DNA of 64,000 bases, from the NCBI RefSeq assembly GCF_001194135.2, contig NC_068988.1:69199022-69263021 (forward strand). The letters are read 5' to 3'. The translations under genes were made by a program, and so were the position numbers. Within the stretch, counting starts at the first letter, position 1, and the number at the start of each line of letters is the position of its first letter. Below the pieces are notes generated by a model. The model was not told the origin of the DNA and searched no databases. It saw only the letters and a list, made by a program, of their open reading frames with translations. Below, one piece after another: positions 12,314 to 25,871 of the stretch. This DNA is from Octopus bimaculoides. Its lineage: Eukaryota.

Positions 12314-15300
12314 TTCTAACAGAACATCCATGGTTAAGTGGGGATATAAATTAACTCTCCATATTCTATAACTATATTCACAATAAAGATAAGAATTTGA
12401 GGTATTAGCAAAACTTGAAAGCAAAAGTATGCTGGAAAAATTATTCACATGTTATAGGTATTGAGTACTAATAAGTAAGAATCCAGAATAGGAGAGTAGG
12501 GGTAGAAATTGTCCTAAGGAAGACATGCAGTTCCTAAAAAAAATCAATACCTGATAGAATATTAGTAATGCGTGAGCTGCAAAAACCTTTCAATGTCATT
12601 CATATCCCTATAAGCCATGAACACGAGCATAAGTTTGAAAACCTTTTTCGTTTGGTTCAGTATGTATACACAAAGTGAAGGGGAAATATGGCACATCCTT
12701 TAGTACTTAGATTCATAAGTTTCCTTACCATTGGTTGAGATAACAACAGTTTCCCTAATATACACTGAGATTGAATTCATATTAATGATACATAGTTTAC
12801 AGAATTTTTTAAAATTTAAAAAAATAATTTTTTTATAAAATTGAGCCATGGGCTAAACTAAACTTTGTTGTGAGCCATATCTTTAACAAACCTCACATAT
12901 ATATTACCTTCCAAGTATAAAAATCACATTTTATTCTCAGATAAGACAGTTATGAAAGATTTGGTAGCTATTTCCAGTACATCAAGTAACTGTTCAGAGT
13001 GGTAGTGGGAGGTAATGATAAAAAGTAACTGCATCAAAGAAAGTCTTAACATCAACAGTAGCAGAGGTGGTGGTGGTGGTTTCGGTGGTGGTGGTAGTAG
13101 TAGTTGTAGTAGTAGTAGTAGGAGGAGGAGGAGGCAGAAGAGGAGCAGCAGCAGTAAAACCTCATAGCAGATGTAAACGAAGTAGTTAAGTTACTTCTGT
13201 TGTTTAAAACTAAGGTGATACAATTAATTCTCTAATTTAATTCTCATACAATTTCCTGTTTAATCTCTAACTTAAAACCCAAGTAACATTCTGGGATCAA
13301 ATCTTAACACCAATCAACTAAGCATCCATTGAAGCATCATTTTAATTCAGAATTATTAACTATCTCAACCAATAGTCTCACAAAATTACTTTCAACCTTT
13401 CAATTATAAGTGAAGATTCGTTAGATTTCTAATAAATATTCTCTTTATATTCAGTTTGAATATTCATCTAGCGGTCTCACACACTGCTGTTGGCATGATG
13501 GTAGTCCTACACAGCCTGAGCCAGAAAGCTCAAAGTTTCTGGCATCAAATACAATATATATTTTATGATCATCATTACTAGGTATCATGTCTAATGTCAG
13601 CAGATTCAGTTGCATGGATCACCATCTTAGTCTTTCTTGTGCTGTCATTATACAGTCATAGTATTCTAACACTTTAACTGTAAAATTAAATTTCATATTA
13701 TTCCAGTAATGATTTTAAATATCTACTAAACAATATAACTGGCATTAGTCACTTCCCTCACCAAATTTGATATTTCTCAAGAAAAAAGTAGTTTTAAACA
13801 TGACATTCCTCAACAAAAGATAGATTAGTAACTTCTTTCGATGGTTAATGACATTTTGAGTCAATACATCTGATTTCCACAGTAAAATTGTTAAGTGTTC
13901 AGTTCCTGGTATCATCTAACAATTATTTATAATTCTTGTTTTTTACCTCTTCTTCTCTTCCCCATTTTACCTTTGATAAACTGTCTCAGTAAAACTAATT
14001 TTCCTAATTCTAATTTTCTAATTTTGGGAACAGATTTGCTGGATTCAAATTTTAGTTTCAAATCCTATAAAAAAAACATACACAGAAGAGAAATGAATTT
14101 TAAAACAGTAATAACAATTACTGTAAAATAAAAAGAGAGAAAAGTCAAGAAGAACTGTGCCAGAAACAGAGAGAAGAGATGGAAGGGAAGAATGAGCAAT
14201 GATGAAAGGAGAATAATTGCATAGCAATATATTTCGTTAGGCAAATCTTTAGGAGTGGTGAAACAGAGGTTTTCCTAATTCATCCACAGCTTATCACTAT
14301 ATAATGTATTGGTTCCAGCATAGTCAAATGATGCAGCTGCATCCCAAATTATTGCCACTGTTTCTCTTATTTGCTTTTTGTTTGATCTTTTGAATGGCTT
14401 TATAGACTGGTGAGAAAGAAGCAGGAGAAAAATTTTTAAGCTCTTATTGAAAACCAGTCTGAATTCTTGCAACAGAATGAGTTCTGCTACATGAAGCCAA
14501 AGATCAGAATGGCGTTTAAACCTAAATTTCACATTAAATCTACAACCCATATTTTGGTCTTTCGAAGTTGTAGTCTGTCACTAAATATAGCAAAAATTGG
14601 AAATGGTATTTTGTTACAGACAAAATCACTCTTTGTTAATGAGAACATTAAAAACGAAATGTTAATTTTGTGATGGAAAGTTTTCAAAAAATATTTCCAT
14701 TGAATTCTTTTTCTTTGAACTTTAGATTAAATTGCCTAAAAATATGGTATTTCATTTTAGTTATGAATAATCAGGTTGAATGAAAATTGACATATTATTT
14801 GCAATGAATAGTTATTCTGTAGAAATAATAGGTAATATAATTGGTAATTTTTATATCTGGAAATTAAAAGTTTTGGGAAGAAAAAAATTGTTCTCTAATA
14901 CTGTAGTACAGAACATATTATTTGTAGAGCTAGAGACATGTATAATTCATTGAGCATAGACTACATGTTATTTGGAGAATTTCAGACATGTAAAATATGT
15001 CCTTTGTACACTAAATGTATGACATACTGTTAAAATTAATTACAAGATTGAATTTCAACACTGAATTAGATTTAAGATAGCTACAAAAAGGAGGTTTTTT
15101 TTTTTTGTTTTCTGAGGGGCTTTTTCTTTTTTTAATGGAAGTGTAAAGTTTCTCATTAACCATTCCACAAAGGGCATGGGAGCAAAACAAAATCAGATGG
15201 AGTATAAAATAGAATAAAAATTCAATTATTGTTTCTGGTTAACTTTGTTAGTTGATTGATTTTTCTGAAAGACTAGAATAATTGAATGTTAGTTGATGTT

Positions 15301-15699
15301 TAACCCCAAGCGAACCGTAGGAAACTAAACCAATGATCAAAAGCATTCCAACCATTGCTACTGCATTGTTTTCGGTGTATGCATTACACTACATTATGTA
15401 ATAAGACTTTTTTCTTTATTTATAAGCTAGGAGAGATAATTAGCTACTACTTCTAACAGAGGACGTGACCTAGATGTAGACAGATGACTCTAAAATGCTT
15501 AGTGAATAAGGCAATTAAAAGGGATTACAGTGCTTGACAGCAATTTTCAGAAATATATATTTTTAATTCTTTTACTGCTTTTGGTCATTTATCAGATAAT
15601 CAATTTATCAATCATTATATATCAAATAGTTAGGTCCTCCTTAGACATTATATTCAGTTTCACATATCCCTTGCTTTAAAGGGATGTAAGATTGTTCCC

Positions 15700-15977
15700 T
15701 CATCAATTATAATACACATCACGTAATCAAGTGACCAACCAGGCTATCAGGTGTTGTTACACATCACTGACCATAATGTGATTTGCATTGTTTTAGGCAT
15801 CAAATAATGCACCCCACTGGCTATGCAAGCAGGCTATCACATTCCCTTAATCAAAAGGGGACTGGAGCAATGTGAAATGAAGAATTTTGCAAGTGTCTTC
15901 TACTATGGCCTTGGGCTAACCAAAGCTTGGTCAGTGGGTTTGGCTAATCAAAACTGAAAGAAGCCTAGTGTGTCTAT

Positions 15978-16038
<61 letters not shown>

Positions 16039-16240
16039 AGTCTGTGTTTGTCCCCCACTGCTTCTTGACAACCAGTCCTGGTGTGTTAACATCTCTGTAG
16101 CCTAATGGTTCTGCAAAAGCAACAGATAGAATAAGGACCAAGCTTAAAAATAAAATAAGTACTAGGGTTGATTCATTTGGCAAACATTTTTTCTAGGCGC
16201 TGCCCCAGTATCGCTGCAATCTGATGACAGAAACAGTAAA
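15700..16240. mobile_element. Two headless SINEs fused head-to-head (H2-type on minus, about 15700-15890; CORE-type on plus, about 15889-16240)
   Basis: ggactggagcaatgtgaaatgaag (H2, reverse) is joined directly to gcaagtgtcttctactatggcc (CORE); both tRNA heads are missing. Confidence 0.65.
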
Positions 16241-16733
16241 AAGATATATATATTTACTTCATTTTTGTATTTGGTTTGCAAGATTCTTTTTCTGAATTCA
16301 TGTATTGGAACAAATTTTTTTGTGTTTTGGGAGTTCAATTACACTAATAATAATAAACACATGCACTGGTTCGATATCACTTCTTTATTGTTATTCAATC
16401 AGTTAAATATCTAACCAACTCACAAACTGCCTTAAGTAGCCATTGACTTTAGTGGTGTAACACTATTGGATAAAGCAATTTATGTATTAAACAAATTCCT
16501 GGCAGCCGGTACGTATATAGCAATTTCTCGTAGGGACATCATATTTCGTTTTGCAGTTATAATATACTACCAAGTATATTAAAAGTTTACAAGTCAATGT
16601 TGTATCCTACATTTATTATGTTAGCAGAGCAATTAAATAATTTTTAAGCTATCTCTATAGATTTTCTATGGAACAATGAGATTGAAAATAAAAAAAATCA
16701 GTAATGGGTATCCCTACCAGCAATTTATATGTA

Positions 16734-17158
16734 CCGTAAATCCTCAAGTATAGTCCGCCCTTGAGTATAATACACAGGGGATTTTTAGAGGGCTGTACCT
16801 TTGAAAAACCTAAACCTTGTGTATAATATGCACCCCTTCTCTAACTTGAGTCAACGAGGTCTATATAACGTCCTTGGTTTGTAAATGTATATACGGTAAT
16901 GTCCTTTATTATCATTGTATACATAACATAATGCAAACGTGTAGCTACTTTATGCACTTTGTTTGCAGAAAATAAAGAAATAACAGTAATAACGTCAGTG
17001 ATAAATAAATATTAAGTAAATTGCCTTTACATATTTATCACTTAGAAAATTTTGCTTAGAAAATATTTTTCATTTTTAACCTCGTATATAGTACGCCCTA
17101 GAAATTTTGACCTTTAAATTTTGGGAAAAAAGTTTGGATTATACTCAAGGATTTACGG
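16734..17158. mobile_element. pogo/Tigger-like MITE
   Basis: TIRs ccgtaaatcctcaagtata / tatactcaaggatttacgg flanked by TA at 16732-33 and 17159-60; no ORF. Confidence 0.8.
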
Positions 17159-17744
17159 TATTTACCAGATTCCAGGAATGCATTGTATATATAAACTGAT
17201 CTATCTAAATCTGTTATGCTGCTAAACTCAGTGGCTGTTCAAGCACTGTTTTTGTATACAGTTAATGGTTTGGGTGTGTTGCTGAAGAAGGAGCAATAAT
17301 TCCTGAAATATGCATATACACCCATTACTTATTTGCATTGTTTACATAGACATATTCATATACAAAATCTTGTAACTTTCAGTGCTAGCTCTAAATTTTA
17401 TGGTAAATCTGTAGAGATAACTTAAAAGTGGTATACATGTGTGTGTAGGGGGTGCATACATGTGTGTATGTGTGTGTGTGTATGTGTGTGTGCATGTGTG
17501 TCTTTGCATGTGTGTGAGCACGTGCATATTTATATCTCCTTGTGATTTTTGTAATTGCATGTCATTCATTTGTAGTATCCTGTGGAAACATATCTGGTTA
17601 TGGGGAAATAGAACCTTGTTTGGTAAAAATAGGATTGGTGACAGGAATGGCATCTTGGTATGGAAAATCTGCCTCAATATATTTTGTCCAATTCATAAAA
17701 GCATGGAAGAATGGATGCTAAAATGATGATATTTACATGAAGGT

Positions 17745-17884
17745 AGATATCAGTTCACAATCTTCTGCTATTTATCATAGTTTTATAAGCCATCACGTCT
17801 CCTATATGCTGATGATCTACTTGTAGCTGAATCTAAATTCCTAACATGAAAGCTAAACATGGAACTGACTGGGCTTAAGGTAGA
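17745..17884 (+). mobile_element. RTE LINE RT fragment (YADD region)
   Basis: ctcctatatgctgatgatctacttgtagctgaa reads LLYADDLLVAE; similar to 25960-26130. Confidence 0.6.
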
Positions 17885-19015
17885 CTTTGTATGTGGCATC
17901 ACACCATGGATTTGCAAGCCTTTTTGTAAGCTACAGTGAAGAACAAAGCTTTGCTCAATTCATGGGACCCATCCCAAAGTTGAATGGCTGTTATATGGAT
18001 AGCTGTGTCAATGCTATCGCCTTCACTAGACAACAGTTCAACAGGTTAATCTCTTTTCTTAACTCTTTCCATTCAAGCTTACCTTATCTATATCCAAACA
18101 CTTCCATTAGTTTTCTCAACATCTATGTTGCTATCAACAATATCCACCTATCAACCTCTGTCCACAATAATTTTACTGTCTCACATTTGTATCTTCATTA
18201 TTTTTCCTCTCACTCCAAGCCAACTAAATCTGTCATACCATTCTCTCTATTCTTTTGGTTTCACTGACTCAGCAGTATTGATTCTGATTTTCATTTTGAC
18301 TGTGAAAAAACGCAACATTTCTTCTTGAATCGAGTGTTCCTCTATTAGTTGTGGATCCTAAACATCACCAGGCAATCAGCCACACCACCACTCTCTTACT
18401 CTTTTTACACACAACTACAGATCAGATTCCACCATCTTTCACCTTTCACCCATCCATTCTGCCATTGAAACACAAACTAATTTGCAACTTCCAAATCCTA
18501 CCTCACAAGGGTTCTCTCTCCATACCTTCAGACATAATAGGCCTCTCAGCAACCCCTTTGTTAGGAGCTCCATAGCCTCTAGTCATACACAACCAAGCAC
18601 TTTTAAATACACTCATCAATGTTGCAACATTAAAATCATTATAATCATGCAACATTAAAATCATTATAACCATCATCAGGCTTAAGTCACAGTAACACAT
18701 TATCCTAAATTTTAGTTGTGCATCTTACAAGCTTATATTTTGCATTTTCAAAGTTCATATACTGCATCATCTGCAAATTTATGCATTTTACATTGAGAAA
18801 ACAGGCTGTCACCTTGCCAATTACTTTTGGGAGCACACTTGAATCACATTATTATATACACCAGGCAAACTTGTTACCGCTCACATCAACACAACAGACC
18901 TTTCTATTATCAATGTGCAGTGTCTCTGCTCATCAGGGATCTACATACTTAAGGAAATGGCATGAACAGTGTTGCTTACTGAAACTTGGAATCATGTCAC
19001 AAACAATTTTAAATT
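17885..19015 (+). mobile_element. Decayed Penelope-like element (Neptune-like): RT C-terminal half plus GIY-YIG endonuclease
   Basis: FASLFVSYSEEQSFAQFMGPIPKL..YMDS, ISFLNIYV, STSVH, LYLHYFSSH, IPFSLF (PLE RT motifs), then IYCIIC / FYIEKTGCHLANYFWEH / RKWHEQCCLLKLG (GIY-YIG-like); frameshifts and stops. Confidence 0.75.
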
Positions 19016-19526
19016 AATGTTTTTCCTTCTTCTCTTACACCTCCACCGAGTTCAGAATCCCATTCTTATCCTATAGCTCTGTTTTCACTTCAGTTTTTCC
19101 CTCCACTCATCTACTTCTCTTTTTGTTATCATTTCTCTTTCCTTCTCTCTATCTCACCCAGATTTTTCTCTCCTACTATTTCTTGTCAGCAGATGAAGCT
19201 CACATCTTGCATTCCTCATCAGCTACAGCCAGTTTTTCAAACAGAAATAATGTAAATACTCTGCTGTCTGTATTCTATTCCCCTTCAGTTATATTTATCT
19301 TGAAGAAGGACTCCATCTAAAATGTTAGGTACTCCACTCAGCATAGCTATCGCACTTTGCTTTTTCTGTCACATTTTTTATGCAAATAATACAAGCCCTA
19401 TTGTCACTGACCATCAATATACTCCTTAGATTTTGTTTCTCCCTCTCTCTCTCTTTCTCTTTGTATATATGTATATATATCAGTGTTTTCGTAATCAATT
19501 TGAAATAACTGATATATATACATATA

Positions 19527-19925
19527 TACAAAGAATTTTTAACACTAACGTAAATGCGGTGTTATTGTATGGGGCTGAGACATGGTGAACAACAGTTAAG
19601 TCAAATAAGCAAATAGAATCATTCATCAACAGGTGCTTGCATGGTATACTTAAAATCAGATGGCCCGAACTCATAAGCAATATGGAGCTATGGCAAAGAA
19701 CAAATCAAGTTTTGATTAGGGAGCAAATATTTAAGAAAAAGTGGAAGTGGATTGGAAGCATAATTAGAAAGGACACACCAAATGTAGCGAAAAGTGCTTT
19801 ACGGTAGAATCCGGATGGATATAGAAAGAGGAGTAGCCCTAAGAACTCGTGGCGTAGATCAACACAAAAGGAACTAGAGAAAGGGGGATATTCATGGCAG
19901 AGAATAAGTACACTTCTATAAACAA
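19527..19925 (+). mobile_element. RTE-clade LINE 3' ORF fragment
   Basis: IFNTNVNAVLLYGAETW*...INRCLHGILKIRWPELISNMELWQRT...KWKWIG...NPDGYRKRSSPKNSWRR. Confidence 0.85.
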
Positions 19926-19954
19926 CTGTTTTACAAATCATACAAGTATTAAGT

Positions 19955-20185
19955 CAACGAACTGACAGAATCATTAGTATAAGAATTCTGCCGGCTCGCT
20001 GGACAAAATGCTTAGCAACATTTCATCTGTCCTTATGTGCTGAGTTCAAATTCTGCTGAGGATGACTCTGCCTGTCATTCTTTCAGGGTCAATGAAATAA
20101 GTACCAGTAAAGCAATGGGGTCGATGTAATCAACTTACCCCTTTACCCGAACTTGCCAGACTTGTGACAAAATTTGAAACCAATA
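19955..20185 (+). mobile_element. Deu/Nin-domain-like tRNA SINE
   Basis: aaaatgcttagc...tgagttcaaattc...aataagtaccag...ggggtcgatgtaatc; same family as 8527. Confidence 0.75.
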
Positions 20186-20578
20186 CTGGCTTCCGTGCTG
20201 GTGGCACGTAAATAGCACCATTTGAGCCTGATCATTACCAACGTCGCCTTCCTAGCACTTGTGCCAGTGGCACGTGAAAAGACATTCGAGCGAGATCGTT
20301 GCCAGTGCCGCTGGACTGGCTCCTGTGCAGGTGGCATGTTAAATACACCATTTCGAGCATAGCCGTTGCCAGTACTGCCTGACTGGCCTTCGTGCCAGTG
20401 GCACGTAAAAGCACCCACTACACTCTCGGAGTGGTTGGCGTTAGGAAGGGCATCCAGCTGTAAAAACTCTGCCAAATCAGATTGGAGCCTGGTTCACCAG
20501 TCCTCAGTCAAATCATCCAACCCATGCTAGCATGGAAAGCAGACGTTAAATGATGATGATGATGATGATGATGATGAT
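20186..20578 (+). mobile_element. RTE-type 3' tail repeat with four internal subunits of about 60-65 bp
   Basis: tggcacgt(a/g)aa..gcacc repeated four times, ggttggcgttaggaagggcatccag, (gat)n tail; no tRNA head. Confidence 0.85.
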
Positions 20579-22878
20579 ATGCAAATATGTACTGAGATCC
20601 TAGAAATACCTTATGCTTAGGTACAATGTTTCTTTTGTACTTATCTCTTACACTGTGTAACTTACTCTTTTGGATAAGGTTGTTATAAATGTGGTAGGGT
20701 TACTAAATGGGAGAATGAGATATGTATGAATAATACTAAAGCAGTTTTGCTCAAGAGTTGATGAGTCTTTATCAATCTGCTAAAGATTTCATGGTATGCA
20801 TGTTAGATCATTTGTGTGTGTGTCATTGTTGATGTTTAACCCCAGGCAGACTGTCTTAGCAGCATTGTAGGCCCCCTCAGGCAAATCAATATACTGGGCC
20901 CTATAGTATTTATTTATTGGCAGCAAGGCAAATCATATGTAGATCAGAAATGAGTCCCTAACTGCCCAGTGTGCCCATGCCTTTAGATAGCACTGGACTC
21001 AGGTCAACCCAGATTGAGCACACTTAAGATAAAAAGTGTTCCATCCCAGTATTGCTTTCAGACATCATATATTTAGTACTACGTTGTCTGAATGTAGTCT
21101 CATGTATCATGAATTTAGAGATGGTTGGGTGTTATTTACAGCATAACAAGTATAAATATTTAGTGTTGGCTTCTCTGCATGCATGTGTGTGTGGGTGTGT
21201 GTGTGTGAGAGAGAGAGTGTGAGTGTATGTACTTATGTGTATGCATGTAACAACCCTATACAAAATATATAAATGGTATCCCTAAAGTAAAAGTGTGAAT
21301 ATGGACCTTTTATATTTGTGGGGATGTAATTTGCTAGAAGCAAGTAGAATAATAACAACTAAATAAAAAATAACAAAAGGAAAACAATAAAGAAGAAAGT
21401 GTGAGGGGAAGGACTATGTAAGATTTGTATAGCTACATTGTGTAGCTATATTATACAAATGTCAGTCACATCCTGGATGCTAATCACACCTCACCTTTGT
21501 AGATGGTCTACAGTTAATCAGACTGTATGTACTTCTGAAAAGAAAAGATTAGTTCCTATACATGCTGTTTTGGCAACATCAAAGATATATTATCACAATG
21601 GAATAGAGTGAGGTCTAGTGTATGATGGTTTAGTAGTAAGCTTTACACTTATCATTGATTTCTGTAGTGACCATGTACTTGTGATGTTGAAAAAGAGTTT
21701 ATTGTCATGTGTCTATAGACTTACACTGTTTTCTTTGCTAACCACAAACTTTTCATAAAACTGACATGAATATTTAATTTTATGAAGACAATTAATGTTC
21801 TAATTCTTGTCTAACATGAAGTACTAAAATAAATTTACTAAAAATGTAATTTGAAAGTTTCAATACAGCTGGCTTATAGCTAACTTATTGAATAAACAAT
21901 AAATTCAGTTTGTGGATAGGAAAATTAAGAGTGGAAAATTTTCAAATACAAATTCAAAATTTGCAATAAAACAAGATAGTTATTTAAATGCTTTGTACTT
22001 CAAATAAAATGAATTAAGCGCAATTTAGTTTGTTATTCCTTATTTATTTATTTTTTTGTCAATGTTATATACACCAATAATGCGTAGACCTCAGACTTTG
22101 TGATTGTTGTATACAGAAATAAGCTGTATAGCTTAGATGTGGACCACACAAAGAGCGGACAGTGCTGCTTTTTACTATTATCATAGCATGAATAATGGTT
22201 TCAAATTTTGGCACAAGGTCAATCAAAGTTTGAATAATGGTTCATCATTGATATTTGCTTTTCTTTGGAAAATACTGTGTGGGTCACAAGTAAGATTGTG
22301 TGGGTTTACAGACAGTATAAAAACTACTTGTAGGCCATAGCAGTAATTCAGTTGGTACATCACTGTTAAACAACAGAATAACAGCTCAAATATCTAAAGA
22401 GACATTAGTAACTATTGATGTTTTTCAGCTTGAGTTTGCCTCAAACTGGACAGACTTATTATTGAGAGCATTCTAGTCATGACCCTTCCAACTCTATATA
22501 AGAAAACTTATTCTTCCATTAACAAAAAAGAAAAAGAAAACGGTGGTAGGGTGTGATCTGAAGGAGATTTGGATGTAATTTCCAACTGGTTGAGCAACAA
22601 CTTAAGAGTCAACACTATCTTCACAGTAGGTCAATGTAAGCTATTTCTGGAAATGAAATAAATCAATTATAACACACACACACACACACACACATATTTA
22701 TTTGAGTTTTTTGCAAAGTTGTGGATAAGGATTCAAATTCTTGTAACAGATCTTCCTGCACATAGTAGTGATTATTTGTATTGTTGTTATTTTTGTCCAT
22801 CTGTTAATAAAGATGGAGGTGGTGGTGGTGCTGGTATGGCTAGTGGGTGGAGGTAGTATTGTTATTGTTGTTGTTGTT

Positions 22879-23041
22879 GGCAGGAGTGACTGTGTGGTAA
22901 GTAGCTTGCTTACCAACCACATGGTTCCGGGTTCAGTCCCACTGCATGACACCTTGGGCAACCGTCTTCTACTATAGCCTTAGGCCAACCAAAGCATTGT
23001 GAGTGGATTTGGTAGACGGAAACTGAAACAAGCCCATCGTA

Positions 23042-23093
<52 letters not shown>

Positions 23094-23553
23094 ATTTCTT
23101 TACTACCCACAAGGGGCTATACACAGAGGGGACAAACAAGTACAGACAAACGGATTAGTCGATTATATCGACCCCAGTGCATAACTGGTACTTATTTAAT
23201 CGACCCCGAAAGGATGAAAGGCAAAGTGGACCTCGGCGGAATTTGAACTCAGAATGTAGCGGCAAACGAAATACCGCTAAGCATTTCGTCCTGCGTGCTA
23301 ACGTTTCTGCCAGCTTGCCACATATATATATATGTGTGTGTGTGTATTCGTGTTTATGTCCCCCTAACATCGCTTGACAACCGATGCTGGTGTGTTTATG
23401 TCCCCATAACTTAGCGGTTTGGCATAAAAGACCGATAGAATAAGTACTAGGCTTACAAAGAATAAGTCCTAGGGTCGATTTGCTCGACTAAAGGCGGTGC
23501 TCCAGCATGGCCACAGTCAAATGACTGAAACAAGTAAAAGTAAAAAGTAAAAG
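22879..23553 (+). mobile_element. CORE-type tRNA SINE interrupted by a nested SINE
   Basis: ggcaggagtgactgtgtggtaag head, ggttcagtccc B-box-like, accttgggcaa CORE-like motif, internal (TA)n, 3' half ending in aagtaaaag repeats. Confidence 0.85.
23091..23319 (-). mobile_element. Deu/Nin-like SINE nested in the (TA)n tract of the CORE SINE
   Basis: Near-identical to 8527-8757; (TA)n on both sides. Confidence 0.88.
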
Positions 23554-23902
23554 TACTGCTGTGTATGTGTGTGTGTGTGGGGGGGGAGTCATTGTTGTTG
23601 CTGGTGGTGACGCTGCTGTTAACGATTGTTGCAGATATTAGTATTTCTAGTGGTGGTGAGGGTGGTGGTAGTGCTGTTGTAGTTGTATTATTGTTGTTCT
23701 TGTTGCAGTTGTAGGTAGCCATGTCAATAGATTTCAACTGATCATGTCTGCTACCCTAATTAATCATTGTCTTCATTCAGTTTATTGATCTGTTATTTAT
23801 ATCAACTGATTTCAGTTTGGTAAAGTTTGGAAGCAAGTTTACCTGTGGGAAAGAGAAGTCTGAAGGAAATAAGGTAGGAGGTAAATAATTCCCTTATTGA
23901 TA

Positions 23903-23903
<1 letters not shown>

Positions 23904-23939
<36 letters not shown>

Positions 23940-24721
23940 GGTGGTGGTGGTGGTGGTGGTGGTGGCAACAGTGGCAGTAGCAGCAGCAGTGGTGGTGGTA
24001 ATGGCAGCAGTGATGGTGGTGGTAGTGGTGGTGACAGCAGCAGCAGCAGTAGTAATAGTAGTGNNNNNNNNNNNNNNNNNNNNNNNNNNNNNNNNNNNNN
24101 NNNNNNNNNNNNNNNNNNNNNNNNNNNNNNNNTGGTGGTGGTGGTGGTGGTGGTGGTGGTGGTGTTAGCAGCAGTGGTGGTAGTGGTAGTGGTGGTAGTA
24201 GTAGCAGCAGCAGTAGAGGTGGTGGCGGTAGTGGTGGTAGTGGTAGTGGTGGTAGCAGCAGCAGTAGAGGTGGTGGCGGTAGTGGTGGTGGTGGTAGTGG
24301 TGGTGGTGGTGGTGTGGTGCAATAGTGATGCATCAGAGTAGTAAGGATAATGACTGTAGTAGCAGTGATGGTGGTAACAGAAATGGTGGCAATGATAGCA
24401 GTAGTAGTAGTAGTAGTAGTGGTGGTGGTGGTGGTTTCTTAAATAGGATCAAAGCTTTAAGGCAATTAGAGAATAACAATAAAATATAATAAGGCAAATA
24501 AAAAAAAAAAATAAGGAATAAGAGTGGAAGGAGGAGTAGGCCATTATTGCGGTCACCATGTTAGTAGTGGTAGCAACAGTTATAGAGTTTGACAATGAGT
24601 CTCTGCTGTTACAGGTGGTGGTGGTCGTCGTGGTGGTAGTGGTGGTCATGGTCATGATGCTGGTAGTTGCTGATGATGGTGGTGGTGGTGATGTTGTTGC
24701 CGTTGTTGTTGTTGTTGTTGT

Positions 24722-24762
<41 letters not shown>

Positions 24763-25160
24763 TTGTTGGTGGTGGTGGTGGNNNNNNNNNNNNNNNNNNN
24801 NNNNNNNNNNNNNNNNNNNNNNNNNNNNNNNNNNNNNNNNNNNNNNNNNNNNNNNNNNNNNNNNNNNNNNNNNNNNNNNNNNNNNNNNNNNNNNNNNNNN
24901 NNNNNNNNNNNNNNNNNNNNNNNNNNNNNNNNNNNNNNNNNNNNNNNNNNNNNNNNNNNNNNNNNNNNNNNNNNNNNNNNNNNNNNNNNNNNNNNNNNNN
25001 NNGGTGGTGATGATAATGATGTTAATGATGTTGATGATGAAGATGATGGTATTTGTGATGCTGGTGCTGCTGCTGATGATGATGACGATGATAATGATGA
25101 TGAGGAGGAGGAGGAAGATGAGGGAAGGGGAGGAGGGGAGGAGGAGGAGGGAAGGAGGGG
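23904..25160. repeat. Compound trinucleotide low-complexity block (GTA/GTG/GCA/GTT/GAT/GAG) with two gaps
   Basis: Direct reading; includes a higher-order duplication of about 50 bp near 24200-24300. Confidence 0.9.
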
Positions 25161-25646
25161 GAGGGGGAGGAAGATCATCATTGTCCTCATGGAATGGTGA
25201 TTAAACAACCAATCTAAATGTACTATTGATTTCATCAATAAAATCTCTGGGTAATTATATCTAATTCTTGTCATCCCATCCCATATAATTCACTGATTTC
25301 CTAAAATGGAATTTACTGTAGCAGAAGATGTTACCATTCACTAATTCTGTAGTTCCTGTTGTTGTAGTTGTTGTCCTTGAGTTTCACATTGTTTACTGTA
25401 ACTGTTCCATTCCATTTCAGAATTTCTATAGTGAAGGAAGAGGTGAGGGATGATTAGGCAAAATCAAAACCGAAATTCTTCATTCCTTTCTTGACATTTT
25501 CAAAAATCCTCTATTCTATTTCTCTGGAAGTTAGCCAAGCAAATGACATTCATTCTATCTGCTGCAATGAAGCACAGTTTCACTTGCATCAGGGTATATA
25601 CATATACCCCAACACTAAGACTATATTTACATACATACATGCATGC

Positions 25647-25704
<58 letters not shown>

Positions 25705-25836
25705 TGTTGTATTCAGGATGGTCATTTCTTTCTTTTTTGCCAAATAAACACACACCTTATATATTTATTCTTCCTGAAATAACAATATCTGTTTCAACAC
25801 AGGACTTCACATCAAGAATCTTGTACCACAAATTAT

Positions 25837-25869
<33 letters not shown>

Positions 25870-25871
<2 letters not shown>

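Noticed and set aside
14275-14550. 91-aa minus-strand ORF in non-repetitive DNA
   Set aside because: No recognisable domain and no convincing paired splice sites; length is compatible with chance.
18895-18945. CTGATGA-GCAG..CTGC..GAAA on the minus strand
   Set aside because: Twelve extra bases before GAAA, no stem I, and it lies within the GIY-YIG coding remnant.
19172-19225. CTGATGA...GAAA on the minus strand near the Neptune-like element as a hammerhead
   Set aside because: An internal hairpin exists, but the base of stem II, stem III and stem I do not pair.
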